Source: Lama guanicoe (taxonomy: Eukaryota). From it: DNA of 64,000 nt. Location: NCBI GenBank assembly GCA_013239625.1, contig MU053561.1, positions 3,899,312 to 3,963,311 on the forward strand, written 5' to 3'. The notes beneath the pieces were generated by a model. It had not been told where the DNA came from and did not search any database. It worked only from the letters and a program-made list of their open reading frames with translations. The position numbers and the translations under genes are program-made. Shown here piece after piece: positions 24,768 to 38,085 of this stretch (within the stretch, counting starts at the first letter, position 1; each line of letters begins with the position of its first letter).

Positions 24768-27700
24768 GACTTCGCTTCTAGGAAATTAGAGTAGATGTTA
24801 TTTTTCTCTATTCCTCTTGCTAGGTCCAACTAAAACCCCTGGACAACATATGGAAAAAACAAAACAAGGTAGAGAGAAAAGACAGGCTGGCTAGGGACCC
24901 GTAGGATCCAAAGAGCAACACAGAGGTGAGCTCTATGAGTTATCTTTTTTGCCTTCCACATCCTAGAGTGGGTGCTGGAGAAGCCAGCAATATGGAAACG
25001 CCAGGGAGTCAGACATAAAAAGCCCCAACAAGAGCCTTTTCTCTCTCTGGCCAGGAAAGCAGCAACCTACCTAGATGAGAATCTTTCAGACAAAATCTGT
25101 TCTACTCCAATCAAGCAAGGGAAAAGGTGTGATCCCCACCTTCACCAATACAGCCAAGATCCAGTAGGGACCCTAAACTTTCACTTTCTCTAAGAGGTAA
25201 TGGGGTGCTCCAATCCTGCCCCACCTGGTGTCAGAGTGGTACCAGGGGAGACTGAGTAGGGAGCTGGGACTTTCATCCCAACTGGTTACCTTAATAAAAA
25301 GGAAAAAAATCTCAAAACCCATGTCAAGAATCTAGAAAATAGAAGGCAAAATAAACCCAAAGGAAGTGAAGGAAGGAAATAATAAAGAACAGAAGACAAA
25401 AAAATTGAAAACAGAAAAATAATAGAAAAAAATCAACGAAACAAAGAACTAGTGCTTTGAAAAGATCAGTAACATTGGCAAACCTCTAGCAGGACTGACA
25501 GAGAGAAGACACAAATTATTATTACCAGGAATAAAACACTAGATATCATTAGAGGTCCTGCATACATCAAAATGATAATAAAGAAATATTACAAACAAAA
25601 CTCCTCAGATGTAAATTTGATAACTTAGGTGAAATGAACCAATTTTTCAAAGCACACAGACTACCAAAACTTACCTAATATGAAATAGTTAACTATTAGG
25701 AAAATCAAATTCATAATTTAAAGTCTTCCAAAGAAAGAGATCTCTAGCCCCATATGGCTTCTCTAGAGAATTCTACCAAATGTTTAAAAAAGAATAAACA
25801 CTAACTCTAGAAAATATCTTAGGGAAAATAGAAAAGGGGGAATACTTCCAATTCGTTTTATAAAATTAGTATAACCATAATACTAAAACCAGACATTGAC
25901 AGTACAAAAACAGAAAACCTCAGACCAACACACCACATAAATTTAGAGGCAAAATATTAGCAAATGAAATTTAGCAATACATAGAAAGAACAATATTCCT
26001 TGACCAAGTGGGCTTTGTTCCACAAATGGAAGGCTGGCTCATTATTCGAAAATCAATCAACATAATCCACTTTATTAATAGGCTTAAGAAAAAATCACAT
26101 GATCATCTTAACTGATGAAGAAAAATATCTGACAATATTCAGCACCTATTCATGATAAAAAAAATACTGAGAAATAGAGGGAAACTTTTCATCTTGAAAT
26201 TGAACATTTACAAAAAATTACAGTTAACATTATTCTTAATGATGAAAGACTAAATGCTTTCCCTATAAATCAGAAACAAGGCAAGACTGTCTTCTCTCTC
26301 CTTTTGTACAATATATTGCTGGAAGTTCTAGCTAGTGCAATAGGCAAGAAAAAAATAAAATGCATACAGATTAGAAAGAAATAAAACTGTCCCTTTTTGC
26401 AGATGACATGATTGTCTATGTGGAAAATCTTAAGGAATCAACAAAAGAAACCTCCTAGAACCAAGACATGTGTTCAGCAGGGTTACAGGCTACAAAATAA
26501 ACATATATAAACTAACGGTATTGCTATACTAGCAGTCAACATGTGGATACTGAAATTTAAAACACCATACTATTTATAACCACTCAAAAAAAAAATACTT
26601 AGGTGCAAGTCTAACACTACATGTAGAAGACTCGTACCCTGAAAACTACAAAACATTGATGAAGGAAATCAAAGAAGATCAAAATAAATGGAGAGACATA
26701 CCATGTTCATGAATTGGATGACTTAACTTAGTAAAGGGGTCAATTCTCCTCAAACTGATATACAGGCTTAATGCGGTTCATTTTAAATTCCCTGCCAGAC
26801 TTCTTGTAGATATGGACAAGACTATTCTAAAATTCATATGGAAATATAAAGGAACTGAGATAACTAAAATAATTTTTAGGAAGAGTAAAATCTGTGGAGT
26901 CTATCTACCCAATTCCATGACTGATTACATATCTAGAGTAATGAAGGTTGTGTGGTATTGGTGGAGGAGTAGGCTCATAGATCAATAGAAGAGAAGAGAG
27001 AACCTAGAAATAGACTCACACAGACATGCCAGGCTGATTTTTGACAAGGTTGTTGTAAAAATCATCTAATAAAGAAAAGATAATCTTTTTAACAATGTTG
27101 GAGCAATTGGTCACCCAAGGGCAAAATAATGAACCTTGATCTAAGTCTCACACCTTACACAAAAATAAACTCAAAGTGGATTATGGGCATAAATGTAAAA
27201 TGTAAAACTATAATACTTTGAGGGGAAAAAAAAAAGAGAGAAAAATCTTTGTGATCTGGGGCAAGGCCAAGTTCTTAGACTTAACACCAAAATCACGATC
27301 CATAAAAAGCAAAGTTGATAAAATAGATTTCATGAAAGTAAAAACATTGGCCCTGCAAAATACCTTGTTAAGAGAATGAAGAGAAAAGTTGCAGACTGGG
27401 AGGAAATATTTGCAAATCACATACCTAATAAAAGGTTAGTATCTTGAATACATAAAGAATCCTGAAAACTCAATAATAAAAAATCAAGAAATCCAATTGG
27501 AAAATGGACAAAAGACATACACAGTTATTTCACTGAAGGAAATATACAGATGGCGAATAAGTAGAAGAAAAGTCTTTCCACATCATTAGTCATTAGGGAA
27601 ATGCAAATTAAAACCACAATGAGATATTACTAACTATACGTCTATCATAATGACTCAAACAAAAAATAGTGACAACATCAAACGATGGCAAGGATGTGGA

Positions 27701-28005
27701 TAAACTGGATCACTCATACGTGGCTGGTGAGTATGTCAACTGGCACAATCACTCTGGAAAACACTTTGGCAGTTTCTTTAAAAACTAAGCATGTGGCTAC
27801 CATCCGGCAACCCAACAATTGTGCTCTGGGCATTTACTCTGCAGAAATGAAAACAGATTTTCACATAAAATCCGTATACGAATGTTCATAGAAGTTTTAT
27901 TTGAATTAGCCCCAAACAGGAAACCATCCAGGTATCTTTCAAAATGTGCCACATCCGTACCACAGACTACTGCTTGGCAACAACAAACCATGAATTGTTG
28001 GCATA
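24768..28005 (+). mobile_element. Old L1 (L1MC-like): 5' UTR joined to decayed ORF2, 3' UTR truncated
   Basis: 5' end gacttcgcttctaggaa...ctaaaacccctggaca; RT motif LSLFADDMIVYVEN at 26387-26428; C-terminal agggaaatgcaaattaaaaccacaatgag at ~27595; many stops and frameshifts. Confidence 0.92.
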
Positions 28006-28454
28006 ATTGAGAACAAATTTCTTAATTATATATTGACACATTGAGAACAAATTTAAAGATTAGACTGAGTAAAATGGAGATACTAACAAACTTTTTTAAG
28101 GAAAGCGTTTTCCACTGTGAACTCTATTAAGATAATTTCCTATAAGTACCATTAAGCCATTCCAAAAGTTTCCATCATCTTTTCTATTTTATTAAAAGTA
28201 TTTTATTAGAATTAAGTTTTAAAATATTTAATAAAGATTTGCTAGTTTGGTTTTGTTCTCTGCTTCTGCCGTTTTTCTGGTGCTTTTCCCCTTGTGTCAA
28301 ATTTATAGATGTGATTTTTATCTGACAGATTTGATTTTTCCATTAGTTTTTCCCTTGTAACAAATGTTACTCTACAGAGTTTTAGCCTCAGAGTAGGGCC
28401 TTAATAAAGGTTAGCTGCAATCATTATGCATTGTAGCAGTATTCTTTACAAATT

Positions 28455-30055
28455 TGTTTTGAGATGAAATTACATTCCATAAAATTTCAGTGTGCAAATT
28501 TCAGTGGTTTTGAGTATATTCACCAGATTTTACAACCATCGCTATTTAATTCCAGAACGTTTTACCACCACCCCTCCAAACCTCCATACCCATTAGCAGT
28601 CACTCCCCACTGTCCCCCCGCTCCAGTCCCTGGACATCACTGATCTACTTTCTGTCTCTATGGATTTGCTTGTTCTGGATACTTCACGTAAGTAGGGTCA
28701 CACACTATGTGGCCTTTGGTGTCTGACTTTTTTCACTTAGTATAATGTTTTCAAGGCCCATCCGAATTGCAGCAGGCATCGGTGCTTTCTTCCTTCTTAT
28801 GGCTGAATAAATCCTTGTATGGCTGTAGCGCTTTGTGTGTGCGTTGTACAGATACACCATTTTGTTTATCCGTCAACTGATAGATCGTTGAGTTGTTTCT
28901 ACTTTCTGGCTATTATAAATAGTGCTGCTATGAATATTTGTGCACAAGTTTTCGTGTTGACATGTTCTCAGGTCTCCTGGGAATTTATCTAGTGGTGGAA
29001 TTGCTGGAATGGATTCCCACTAGCGATGTATGAGAGTTCCACTTTTCTCCGCATACTAGCTGATACTTGTTACTGTCTGTCTTTTCGGTTGTAGTCATCC
29101 TACTGGGTATGAAGTGGCATCTCATTGTGGTTTTGATTTGCATCTCCCTAATGACTAATGATATTGGGCATCCTTTCATGAGCTTATTGCCCATTTGCAC
29201 ACCCCTTTTGGAGGAGTTGCTATTCAAATTCAATTTTTAAATTGGATTGTTTGTCCTTTATTGTTGAATTATAAAGGTTTTTTTAATAGATACTGAATAC
29301 AAATCTCTTATTAGATATATGATTTGCAAATATTTTCTCTCACTCTCTGAGTTGTCTTCTGCTTTCTTGATGGTATCCTTTGAAGTACAAAAGTTTTAAG
29401 TTTTGATGAAATCCAATTTGTGTGTGTGTGTTTGTGTATGCTTGTGCTTTGGGTGCCCTAAGAAACTATTACATAATGCAAGTCACAAATATTTTACACC
29501 TCTGTTTTCTTTTATTGCTTTAGTTCTTATATTTAGGTCTGTGATCCATTTTGAGTTAATTTTGTATATGGTTTAATGTAGGGGTGCAACTTCATTCACT
29601 GCATGTGAATATTTAGTTGTCTTGGCACCATTGTTGAGAAGCAATTGACCATAAAGTAAGACTTTATTTCTCAACCACCACTTCTATTCCATTGATCAGG
29701 GTGTCTGTCCTCATGCCAGTATCACAGTCTTGATTACTGCAGATCTGTAAAAAGTTTTCAGATCAGGAAGTATAAGTCGTCCAACTTTGTTCTTCTTTTA
29801 AAAGTTTGTTTTGGCTATTCTGGGTCCCTTGATTTCCATATAAATTTTAGGAACAGCTTGTTAATTTCTTTTTTTAAAAAAAGGCAGCTGGATTTTAATA
29901 GGGCTTGTATTAAATCTATTAATCAGTTTGGGGGACTATTGCCATCTTAACAGCATTAAATCTTCTGATGCATGAACATAGGATTTCTGTCTATTTATTT
30001 AGGTCTTTAATTTCTTTCAGCGATGTTCTGTAGTTTCCAGGATACAGGTCTTTCA
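28455..30055 (-). mobile_element. L1 (L1MB-like) 3' portion, tail-to-tail with the preceding L1
   Basis: ORF 28985-29233 ([17 protein letters not shown]) is the L1 ORF2 C-terminus; 3' UTR ttgagatgaaattacattccataaaatt...ccatacccattagcagtcactcccc. Confidence 0.92.
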
Positions 30056-31808
30056 CACTGTGTCTCTACAAACCAGATAAAAGACTGATAAAATTTATTT
30101 TTTACGTAGCACGAGAAATTTTTCTCGTATTTATAAGACAGAATGAGTGAGGCAGAGAGAAAGATGGATGCTGAGGGAGACTGAGAGAGAGAAGAGCTCT
30201 ATTGTGGTGAATCTAAAACTCAGTTCTTGAGTGTCTGGCAAAGGCAAAGCGAAGTGACACTACTTGGGTCCACAAAGGCAGGGTGCAAACTTTAGGCTAG
30301 AAGTATCCAGCTCTGGCAGGAAGAGGTGGAGTGAGGCAAGGAAGGCCTTTCCCATGCTTCAGGTTACACCTTACGGTAGACCCTTGGCGTCCCAAGTATG
30401 AGTCTGGTCCTTTCAACAGGAACCTCTCAGAGGAACTTGAACATTTTCATGAGCTTTTTGGTTCTGTAATCTCCTGAATTCTGTCAGTAATAATATAGGG
30501 TGGGAATGTTTCCCCCAATTCTTCCTGACCTGCCAAACTGAAAAAGGCCATTGATGCCAAAAGTCCTCATTTAATCAGCAAATACCAATTCAGGAATGGC
30601 CCGCCTTCCCCTCCCATATGCTGTGGCAGAGGGAAGGAAGACAGGGGCCGCTGGGAAAAAACTAGCAGCCAGGACTCTCTTGAGTCTGAAACTGAGTAGT
30701 GGAAAAAAAATACTGAGAAATCCCCTTGGAAAGAATGGGAAAGAATCCACATAAAATATTTTATTGCTTACGACAGACTCCTGCGACTCACATAAATTTT
30801 TCTAGAAAGTGTGCTAAGATTATAAAAATGCTATATATGTACACACACACACACACACAGACTCACACCCTGATGTATTGACTAGGCTACATTTATAATG
30901 TGCTCCCCAGAAGAAAATATTTATTTCAGTCTACACATCTTTAAGTGCAAATGGAAAAACAATTTCAGGAATCAAATTTTCTGAGGTGAACTGTCAGTCC
31001 CTTCCTACTTCATTCAAGATAATTCTTCTCTCATAAACTAGAGCAGATACTTCTATTTAACTTAATTTACAGACGTGTACTCCTCAATTTACTAGAATAC
31101 TTTTGCTACCACCCTTTTAAGGTGTGGTGCCGTGTAAGATGCTCAAAATACTTTATACTTATTGCATCATTTCTCTTCCCAGTACTCCTCAGAGTCGATA
31201 AAACAGAGAAGGCAGACAAGGTAAGAAGCAGGTTTATTCTACTCATTATATAGATGAGGAAGCAGACATGGGGGAGGAAATGGGCCTCCATTCATTCATC
31301 AGCTTCTTCCGTCATCGGTTATTTACTGAGAGCCTCGAGGTATTAGCCTCTGCCTCTCTGTGCTGGGGTTACAGCTACTGTCTTGGTCCCACTTCCCGTG
31401 GAGTGGCTAGTCTTACAGGAGGGACAGACTGCTATTCTCAAAACGCAAATCTAATCACGTGGCATCTTTGTTTAAATCATTTCTGGGGTTTTCCACAGAT
31501 TTCAGAATAAAGACTAAAATTCTTCTCATGGCTTGCCATGGTCACGTGGTCTGACCCCATCCCCACCAATATTAGCCCCAGCTAATGTCTGCCGGCGTCC
31601 CCACCACAGCTCCCACCCTCTCACTCACAGGGTTTGCATGTTTTTCTTTTGTTGAAAGAATCTATTTATTTAATTACAGTTGTTACTTTTATCAAAATTT
31701 TAAAGGTAAGTAGTATAAAGAGTTGATATTTTTGACAGTCTTGTTATAAAGAATAACAGCCCTCTTTTCTCCAGACTCGTCCATTTTTAAGTCTTTAGTC
31801 TTTTGATA

Positions 31809-31882
31809 TTTACTCTCAATGTCTCGATGACATTCTTGTACTGCCATTTTACTCTCTCTCGATGACATTCTTGTACTGCCAA
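31809..31882. repeat. Local tandem duplication (39/35-bp units)
   Basis: tctcgatgacattcttgtactgcca is identical at 31822-31846 and 31857-31881; each unit begins tttactctc. Confidence 0.95.
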
Positions 31883-32139
31883 TTCTCCATTTTTCAGTGT
31901 TAAGTACTAGCTTACTTATGTTTGACTCCACACTGAGAGGTATGAGGCTTTAGTTTCACCCCCAAACACACACAGTCTGTTCCCATCACTACAGACTGTG
32001 AGGACTTCTCATGCTAAATCCAAACTTCATAATCAAAAGCAGACTTTGTGTGCTACAAATTATAGCATAAAGTTATATTTATTTGTTGCTGGTTCAGAAA
32101 CATCTGAATAGAAGGCTCTCAGCACAGAGGGGAAGAGAT

Positions 32140-32680
32140 AAAAGACTTGAACTAGTTAACGGATTATTTTCACTGGAAGGAATCTTAGGGATCATGTCCT
32201 CCTCTCTTAATTTCAGAGACATTGAATCCTAGGTTGAAGGTCATGTGACAAACGGATGACAGGCGGGGGACTAGTAGGTAGTTGTCCTCACCCTGTTTCC
32301 AGTGTTCTTTAGCATGTGCATGCTGTCAACAAACTTGTAATTAGGGTGAATTTAGGACTGATCTTTGAGTATCAGGGAATTTAAGCTGTTTGCCTAAACG
32401 TACCCTACTGAGCAGATCTGGACAGACATAGTAGAGCTGGAATTTGAACCCAGATCTGTCCGGCTCTGAGCTCAATGTTTTTCTTCTTTAATTAACATCA
32501 CATTGCTTCTGTAATTCTCAGACCATGATCATCATTAATTCTTGGAGCCTGAAACTATCTGGCCTGCTGTCAGCCTCATAGACCTGTTGTAAGAATTAAA
32601 CTAAATAAAGATGTAAACATTGTTCCTTAGAATGCCTGGCAGGTGGCAAGCGCTCAATAAATGTTAGCTCCATCATAATC
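32140..32680. mobile_element. Cluster of MIR fragments (both orientations)
   Basis: agtagagctggaatttgaacccagatctgtc (reverse); ctgttgtaagaattaaac...aatgcctggcaggtggcaagcgctcaataaatgttagct (forward). Confidence 0.7.
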
Positions 32681-33990
32681 CTCCCTTCCTCTTTCTCCTC
32701 TGGTTCCCACACTTTCTCCATTGCTGACAAACATACTTCTCTACTTGGTTCTGAAAAATACCTTCTTTTCCTGGATTTTCCTCAGGAAAGGTTTCCACTG
32801 GCCCCTTTTATTGCCATTGTCCACTTGGAGTTCAAACTTTTATCCTCTTGTCTTGTTTTCTTCATCTTTTTATACCTGCCTTCCATTTGCAATTGGCTGC
32901 AAATGGCCCTAGAGCTGAACCACTTGTTTCCACTGCCCTAGGCTATTCCTCATTGGCCTCTTCACACCAATCTTTCCATTTGAAACTCACACCAAACTCT
33001 TGCAAGAAGTCTTCCCTGGACCAGAGAAACTCTCTTCACACCCACAGAAAGAAAAGCGCCATTGCCCCCAGGTATCCAGTCTCCAGCTGCCCTCCCAGGC
33101 TCATGAGACTTCCCGGGGCTCAGCTTCCTTATCTGGAAAGCAAAGGCGCTGAACAACCTAGCCCCCAGTTGGATTTAGTAAATGCTTTTGTTTTATTTCA
33201 GATATTAATCCTGCTCTCAGATGGGAATCTGGGGCCACTGCACAACCCACAGGAACTGCCAAAGGCTGTTCAACCTCCTTACTGCTCTTTTCTTCACTTT
33301 TATTCTTCCTTGGAAAAAAAATACAATTAGTTAGCTTCAGTAATACTGGTAGAAGACATTGTATGTTTAACACTGTGGGAAAAACCGTAGTAAATTGAGC
33401 CCATCTTTCACTCATCACTCTGGGAATAGCCATTTTTGAGGGGGAGAGGTAACTAAACACCTGCATATCTTTATATCCGCTCCTGTAATTAAATCAGAAA
33501 ACAAACCTGTTGGCAAGAAGTGCATCTTTAGGGGTGACTTCGCTTCCTTTCCTGTGCCTCTCCATCTCTCCTCACTTCTAGATCAAGTGATAGCTGCTCT
33601 GTATTTGAAATTCTGCTACATCCTGTCTCCTTAAACACCACTGGTCTCAAAATTTTCCAGTCAAACTATTGTCTCAAATACCTCTTTGCTCAATAAAGGG
33701 TAATAAAGAATAAAGGTGGTGTTAAAGGGAGCCCTGAGCGGGGAGGAAAGAGAAATGAAGCGTTAGGTTAGCACCCAATGTATCTTAGGCCTTTCAGTAG
33801 TCACTTAGTAAGTGCTATTCAATAGATAATGATAGCAGTCTTACAAGGTAATCACTGTTATTCCATTTCATAGTTGCGAAAGTGGAGCCTCAAGGAAGTT
33901 AAATTGTCCGCTGTACGGTCCACTGTTGTACAGTTTTATTAGCCAAGTTAGACTTTAATCAAGTTCTCCTTGACTCCAAAACCTGTGCTT

Positions 33991-34167
33991 TTTTTTAAAA
34001 ATTGAGGTATAGTTGATGTACAGCATTGTGCTGTGTTAGTTTCAGGTGTACAGCAAAGTGATTCGGTATATATATATATATATTCTTTTTCAGATTATTT
34101 TCCATTATAGGTTATTACAAGATATTGAATATAGTTCCCTGTCTACATAGTTGGACTTTGTTGTTTA
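33991..34167 (-). mobile_element. Short 5'-truncated lineage-specific L1 tail
   Basis: aattgaggtatagttgatgtaca...ggttattacaagatattgaatatagttccctgt; degenerate TSD caaaacctgtgctt (33977-33990) / caaagtctgtcctt (34168-34181). Confidence 0.85.
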
Positions 34168-34197
34168 CAAAGTCTGTCCTTAAAAAATTTTTTTGCT

Positions 34198-34690
34198 TTA
34201 TTGATTATCCATGGCTGCTAAACAAATTACCACCAAATGCAGTTGCTTAAAACAACAAACATTTATTATCTCATGAGTCCTACCAGTCAAGAATCTGGGT
34301 GCTTCTGACTCAGGGTCTCTCACAAGGCTGCAGTCAAGGTGTCAACTAGGGGTTGCCAGCATCTCCAGGCTCACTCAAGTGGCTGTTGGCAGGGTTCAGG
34401 TTCTCGCTGGCTGTCGGCTGGAGACATGCCTTTTTGGCCATGAGGGCCTCTCCATAGGGCAGCTCATAACATGGCAGCTGGCTTCCCCCAGAGTGAGAGA
34501 CTGAGAGTGAGAGAAAACCCCCAGGATGGAAGCCACAGTCTTTTTGTAACTTAATCTGGAGCTGACATCCTATTGCTTCTGCTGCGTTCTGTTCTGTAGA
34601 AGTGAGTCAATAAGTCCTTCCTATACTCAAAGGGAGGGGGCTACCCAAGGACATGAACACCAAGAGGTGGGGGCCGTTGGGGGCCTGGTA
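34198..34690 (-). mobile_element. MaLR solo LTR (MLT1F/G-like)
   Basis: ggctgctaaacaaattaccaccaaa...gcttaaaacaacaaacatttattatctca...gggcctctccatagggcagctcataacatggcagctggcttcc. Confidence 0.85.
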
Positions 34691-34905
34691 GAAATTATCT
34701 TTCTGAGCTCATTTTTATGTCTTTAAAAAATTTCTTGCTTTACAAAAACTATTTCTATTTAAGCCATCCCTTAAGTAAAACCAAGCATTCTGTGTTTAGC
34801 ATCTCTCATGAACTTTTTTTTTTTACTGTAAAATTTTTAGGAGACAATTTCAGAGATGTTCACATGCAACTTTGAGCCAAGCAGTTCACAGTAAGAATGA
34901 AAGGG

Positions 34906-34929
34906 GTGTGTGTGTGTGTGTGTGTGTGT
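34906..34929. repeat. (GT)n microsatellite
   Basis: read directly. Confidence 0.95.
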
Positions 34930-35484
34930 ATAGGTATGTTTGTGTATATGTGCATTTACATATATATAACAACTTACAAGTGCTCTTTTCATGCTGCTAT
35001 AAAGTATAAAACACAATAAAACAATGAGAGCGACAAATAAACGACCAGGATGAGCAGCACCTGGCACAATGTCCATTACGTGTATACAAGCCCTATTTCG
35101 CAGCGATTTCTATAATGTTGCAATTTGGATGAGAATCAAAAGCAGCAGCTCAGTGACCACCTGACCCATGCTTTGTATGCATTTGTCCCCTCAGAAGTAA
35201 TATCGTACTGATATTCAGAATTAGCCAAGAATGTTTACTGACCGTACACTAGGAACAGAGTCCTTCATTCTGGTGAACACTTGCTAAAGCTTTTTTTTTA
35301 ATCCCCAAAGCTTTAGAATTCAATTGACAAGGCTGAACCTCCTAGGGCCTGACGGGGAATGGGAGGGTGGATGGACAGCAGGCCACTCGAACAAGGCCTT
35401 GGGGTCCCTGGTGGTTCTTGAGCAAGTGTCCTTGTCTGGAATGAGGTCTTACAACACCCACCCACCTGACAGGGCAAGTGTGAG

Positions 35485-35930
35485 GAAAGGCAGCGTGGCC
35501 AGGTGGTTTAGACCCATAGACTGAGAACCAGACTGGGTTCAGTTCCTGGCTCTGCCATTTACTGTGGGAAAACCTGTAACCTCTCTGCTCAGCTTCTCCA
35601 TCTGAAAAATGGGCACCTACCTCACTGCACTGGTGGGAGGATTAAATGAATTAATATGTGCAAAGCTCTTAGAATAGGATTTAGCCCTTGCTGTTAAGTC
35701 AATAAGGATAAATGAAGTCCTGTATGTAAAGCCTTTAGCACAGTTTCTAGCATAAGGTAAGGAAATCAATAAATTATTCTCAATTTTTTACTCTTTTATG
35801 TCTTCATCTGTGAAATGGGATAGTAATGCATGTCTTATAGAGTTCTTATGGACATAGAATAATGTATATAAAGCATCTGATGGTTTGTGAACCAAATAAG
35901 GATTTACTAAATGGTAGCTATTATTACTAT
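35485..35930 (+). mobile_element. Tandem cluster of MIR SINEs (2-3 copies)
   Basis: ctgggttcagttcctggctctgccatttact...ggattaaatgaattaatatgtgcaaagctcttagaa; cttcatctgtgaaatgggatagtaat. Confidence 0.8.
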
Positions 35931-37889
35931 GAATATTTGCAAGCAATTATAGAGCTACCAATATGTGGGAGCTGGGAATGCCAAATATTTCAGTGCAAAA
36001 CCTCTCTCAAGCCAGGAGGCAAATATCTCAGCTCTCAGTGAGTGCTGTGCTCTGGGATTACTACAAGATGTTCCTTTTAGCCTGGGTAGTGCTTTCTGGA
36101 GTTCCTTGGGGGCTGTCTGTGTCCAGGGAATTGTAAGTCTGAGAATGGTTTCTTCTGGTTTCTGCTTGGTATTTTAATTGGCATATTAAGTTTCTTATCT
36201 ACTTCTCTTTTGTGTTTTTAATAATATCCCTTTGTGGTTACAGGCTGAGTGCAGAAAGACTGTATTAGAAAGAGCTGGTGGAGATAAATGCCATCCACAC
36301 ACTGAGAGCCTGTAGCTCTGGGATCATTTGGTTCCAAACAGGGAGCTGGCTGTCAACCCTGAGCTGTTTCTGGAGGGCCTCAATCATGGGGTAATGAGGA
36401 GGGGAGGCCTGAGGCACCCAAAGGCCCTGCTGAAATTCTCTAGCGCTGCTTTCTCGAGGATGGCCACTGTGCCTTCTCCCGACTGCTGAGAACCCCACTC
36501 TCTTAATGTCTCCAGCTTCTCCGTCAAGGCTGAGGGGGCTATCTCCTAGGTAGCACCAGCTTGGGTAGAAAAGAATGCCTCTCTCAAATTCATGGCCCTG
36601 TCTCTGACCCTGCAGATGATAACCACAAGCCAAGGGGAAAGAAAAGCATTTTAAAGCTAGTTCTGGGAAGGAGAGTGCCCCCTGACCTCCTCCCCAGAGC
36701 CAGAGCTCTGAGTATCAGACTGAAGGCAAACACAGCACAAGACAAGACAGTGGGGAGACACCACTTCGTGACTAACTGGCTTTAAGAACACAGAGTAAAG
36801 GAAAACACACAAACAACTCTAAAGCTTTGAAAATAAATACTACTAAGGGCCATGGATTGCTCATTCAGTTTCGTGTTTATTAGAAATACCAACCCCAGTG
36901 ACCATCTCTGTCCCACCCGAATGCTGAGTTCATTAGGGTGGATCATCTCTAATGATCATCTGTAACCATATTTGGGAAATTTTACTTGCTTTTTTGGTCC
37001 CTCTTTCATTTTTCTTACCTGGAGGCTTCAGAGAAGTCTCGTCAGAGTTCACTTGGCAATATTTTATGGATCTTAAATCAAGTAAATTTCATCAAAGTCC
37101 TAACTTTCATCGCCTTTCAAGTGGTATTAGCTTGGCTTTAAACTCCTTAGTTAGAGAATCTCAGTGGCAAAGGGTAAGTTCCTGTTATCAACTCCCTGTT
37201 TGGGGATTAGTCCTGTGTTTTCATGTGGGATATAAACACATCCGGATAATTCTCCTGAGCTTCACTTGTTGAAATTTGACATTTGTCCTATCACTTAATT
37301 ATGGCTTAGCTCCCAGAAGGCTTTGCTGGCACCTCTCAGACAGCCGCCGGCCCCTCCCCCACAACGCACACGCGCTCAGTCTGGTCCAAATCCTCTCTTT
37401 AGCTAAAAAAGAAAAAACAAAGCTGATAGCAAAATCCAGACTAGAAACCCTTTGTCTTGAAAGGCTATCTCAGCTTTGTTTGTTAACCACAGAGAGATCA
37501 GAAGGTCAGATCTGGGGTTTTTCAGTCTGGTTGGGTAGGGCTTCCAACCGCCTACCCCTCCATACCTCCTGCTCCCTCCAGCCCAATGTTTTAGCTTTCT
37601 GCACTGTTGACTTGTCTTACGGGGTTCCAGGAGCATCTTTTCCACGGAGCGTTTTCTACCTCCACTGCTGCTAAAACAGAAGCTGTTTCTCTCTTCCTTA
37701 GAACTCCACAGGTGGGTATAGAAACAGGAGACTGGAATCAGTAGAAAAGAACTGAGTGTGTATGTGTGTCCTTATCCTGAGATATCTGCAACTTGAAAGG
37801 ATCATCAGTCCATGTTATAGTCCTTGTTCTATCACCATAGAGTGTTTTCTCTCTGTGGGAAGTAACCAGCTGGGTGGTATTTAATAGGA

Positions 37890-38085
37890 TATTGGTTCAA
37901 TAGCATGTAAAATGAGCTGTTCAGGAGAAAAGAAGTTCTTATGTGTAGCATTTGCTGATTTCCTTGGTTTATATACTCCTAGCCTGGTCGATTTCAAGAT
38001 ACCAATGTGAAGTCACTGAGCAAAGACTTGGGAAAAAATGCACATCACAGCTCTGCCAACTGTATGAGTCTGGTCCAGCACAGGG
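37890..38085. mobile_element. MER63-like hAT DNA transposon remnant
   Basis: gtagcatttgctgatttccttggtttatatactcc...gatttcaagataccaatgtgaagtcactgag; a second related copy lies at ~54955. Confidence 0.7.

Noticed and set aside
30111..30128. Near-palindrome acgagaaa-tt-tttctcgt
   Set aside because: 8-bp arms are expected by chance and there is no supporting context.
31809..31882. CRISPR-like repeat-spacer pattern
   Set aside because: Only two units, no unique spacers, mammalian context, no cas genes.
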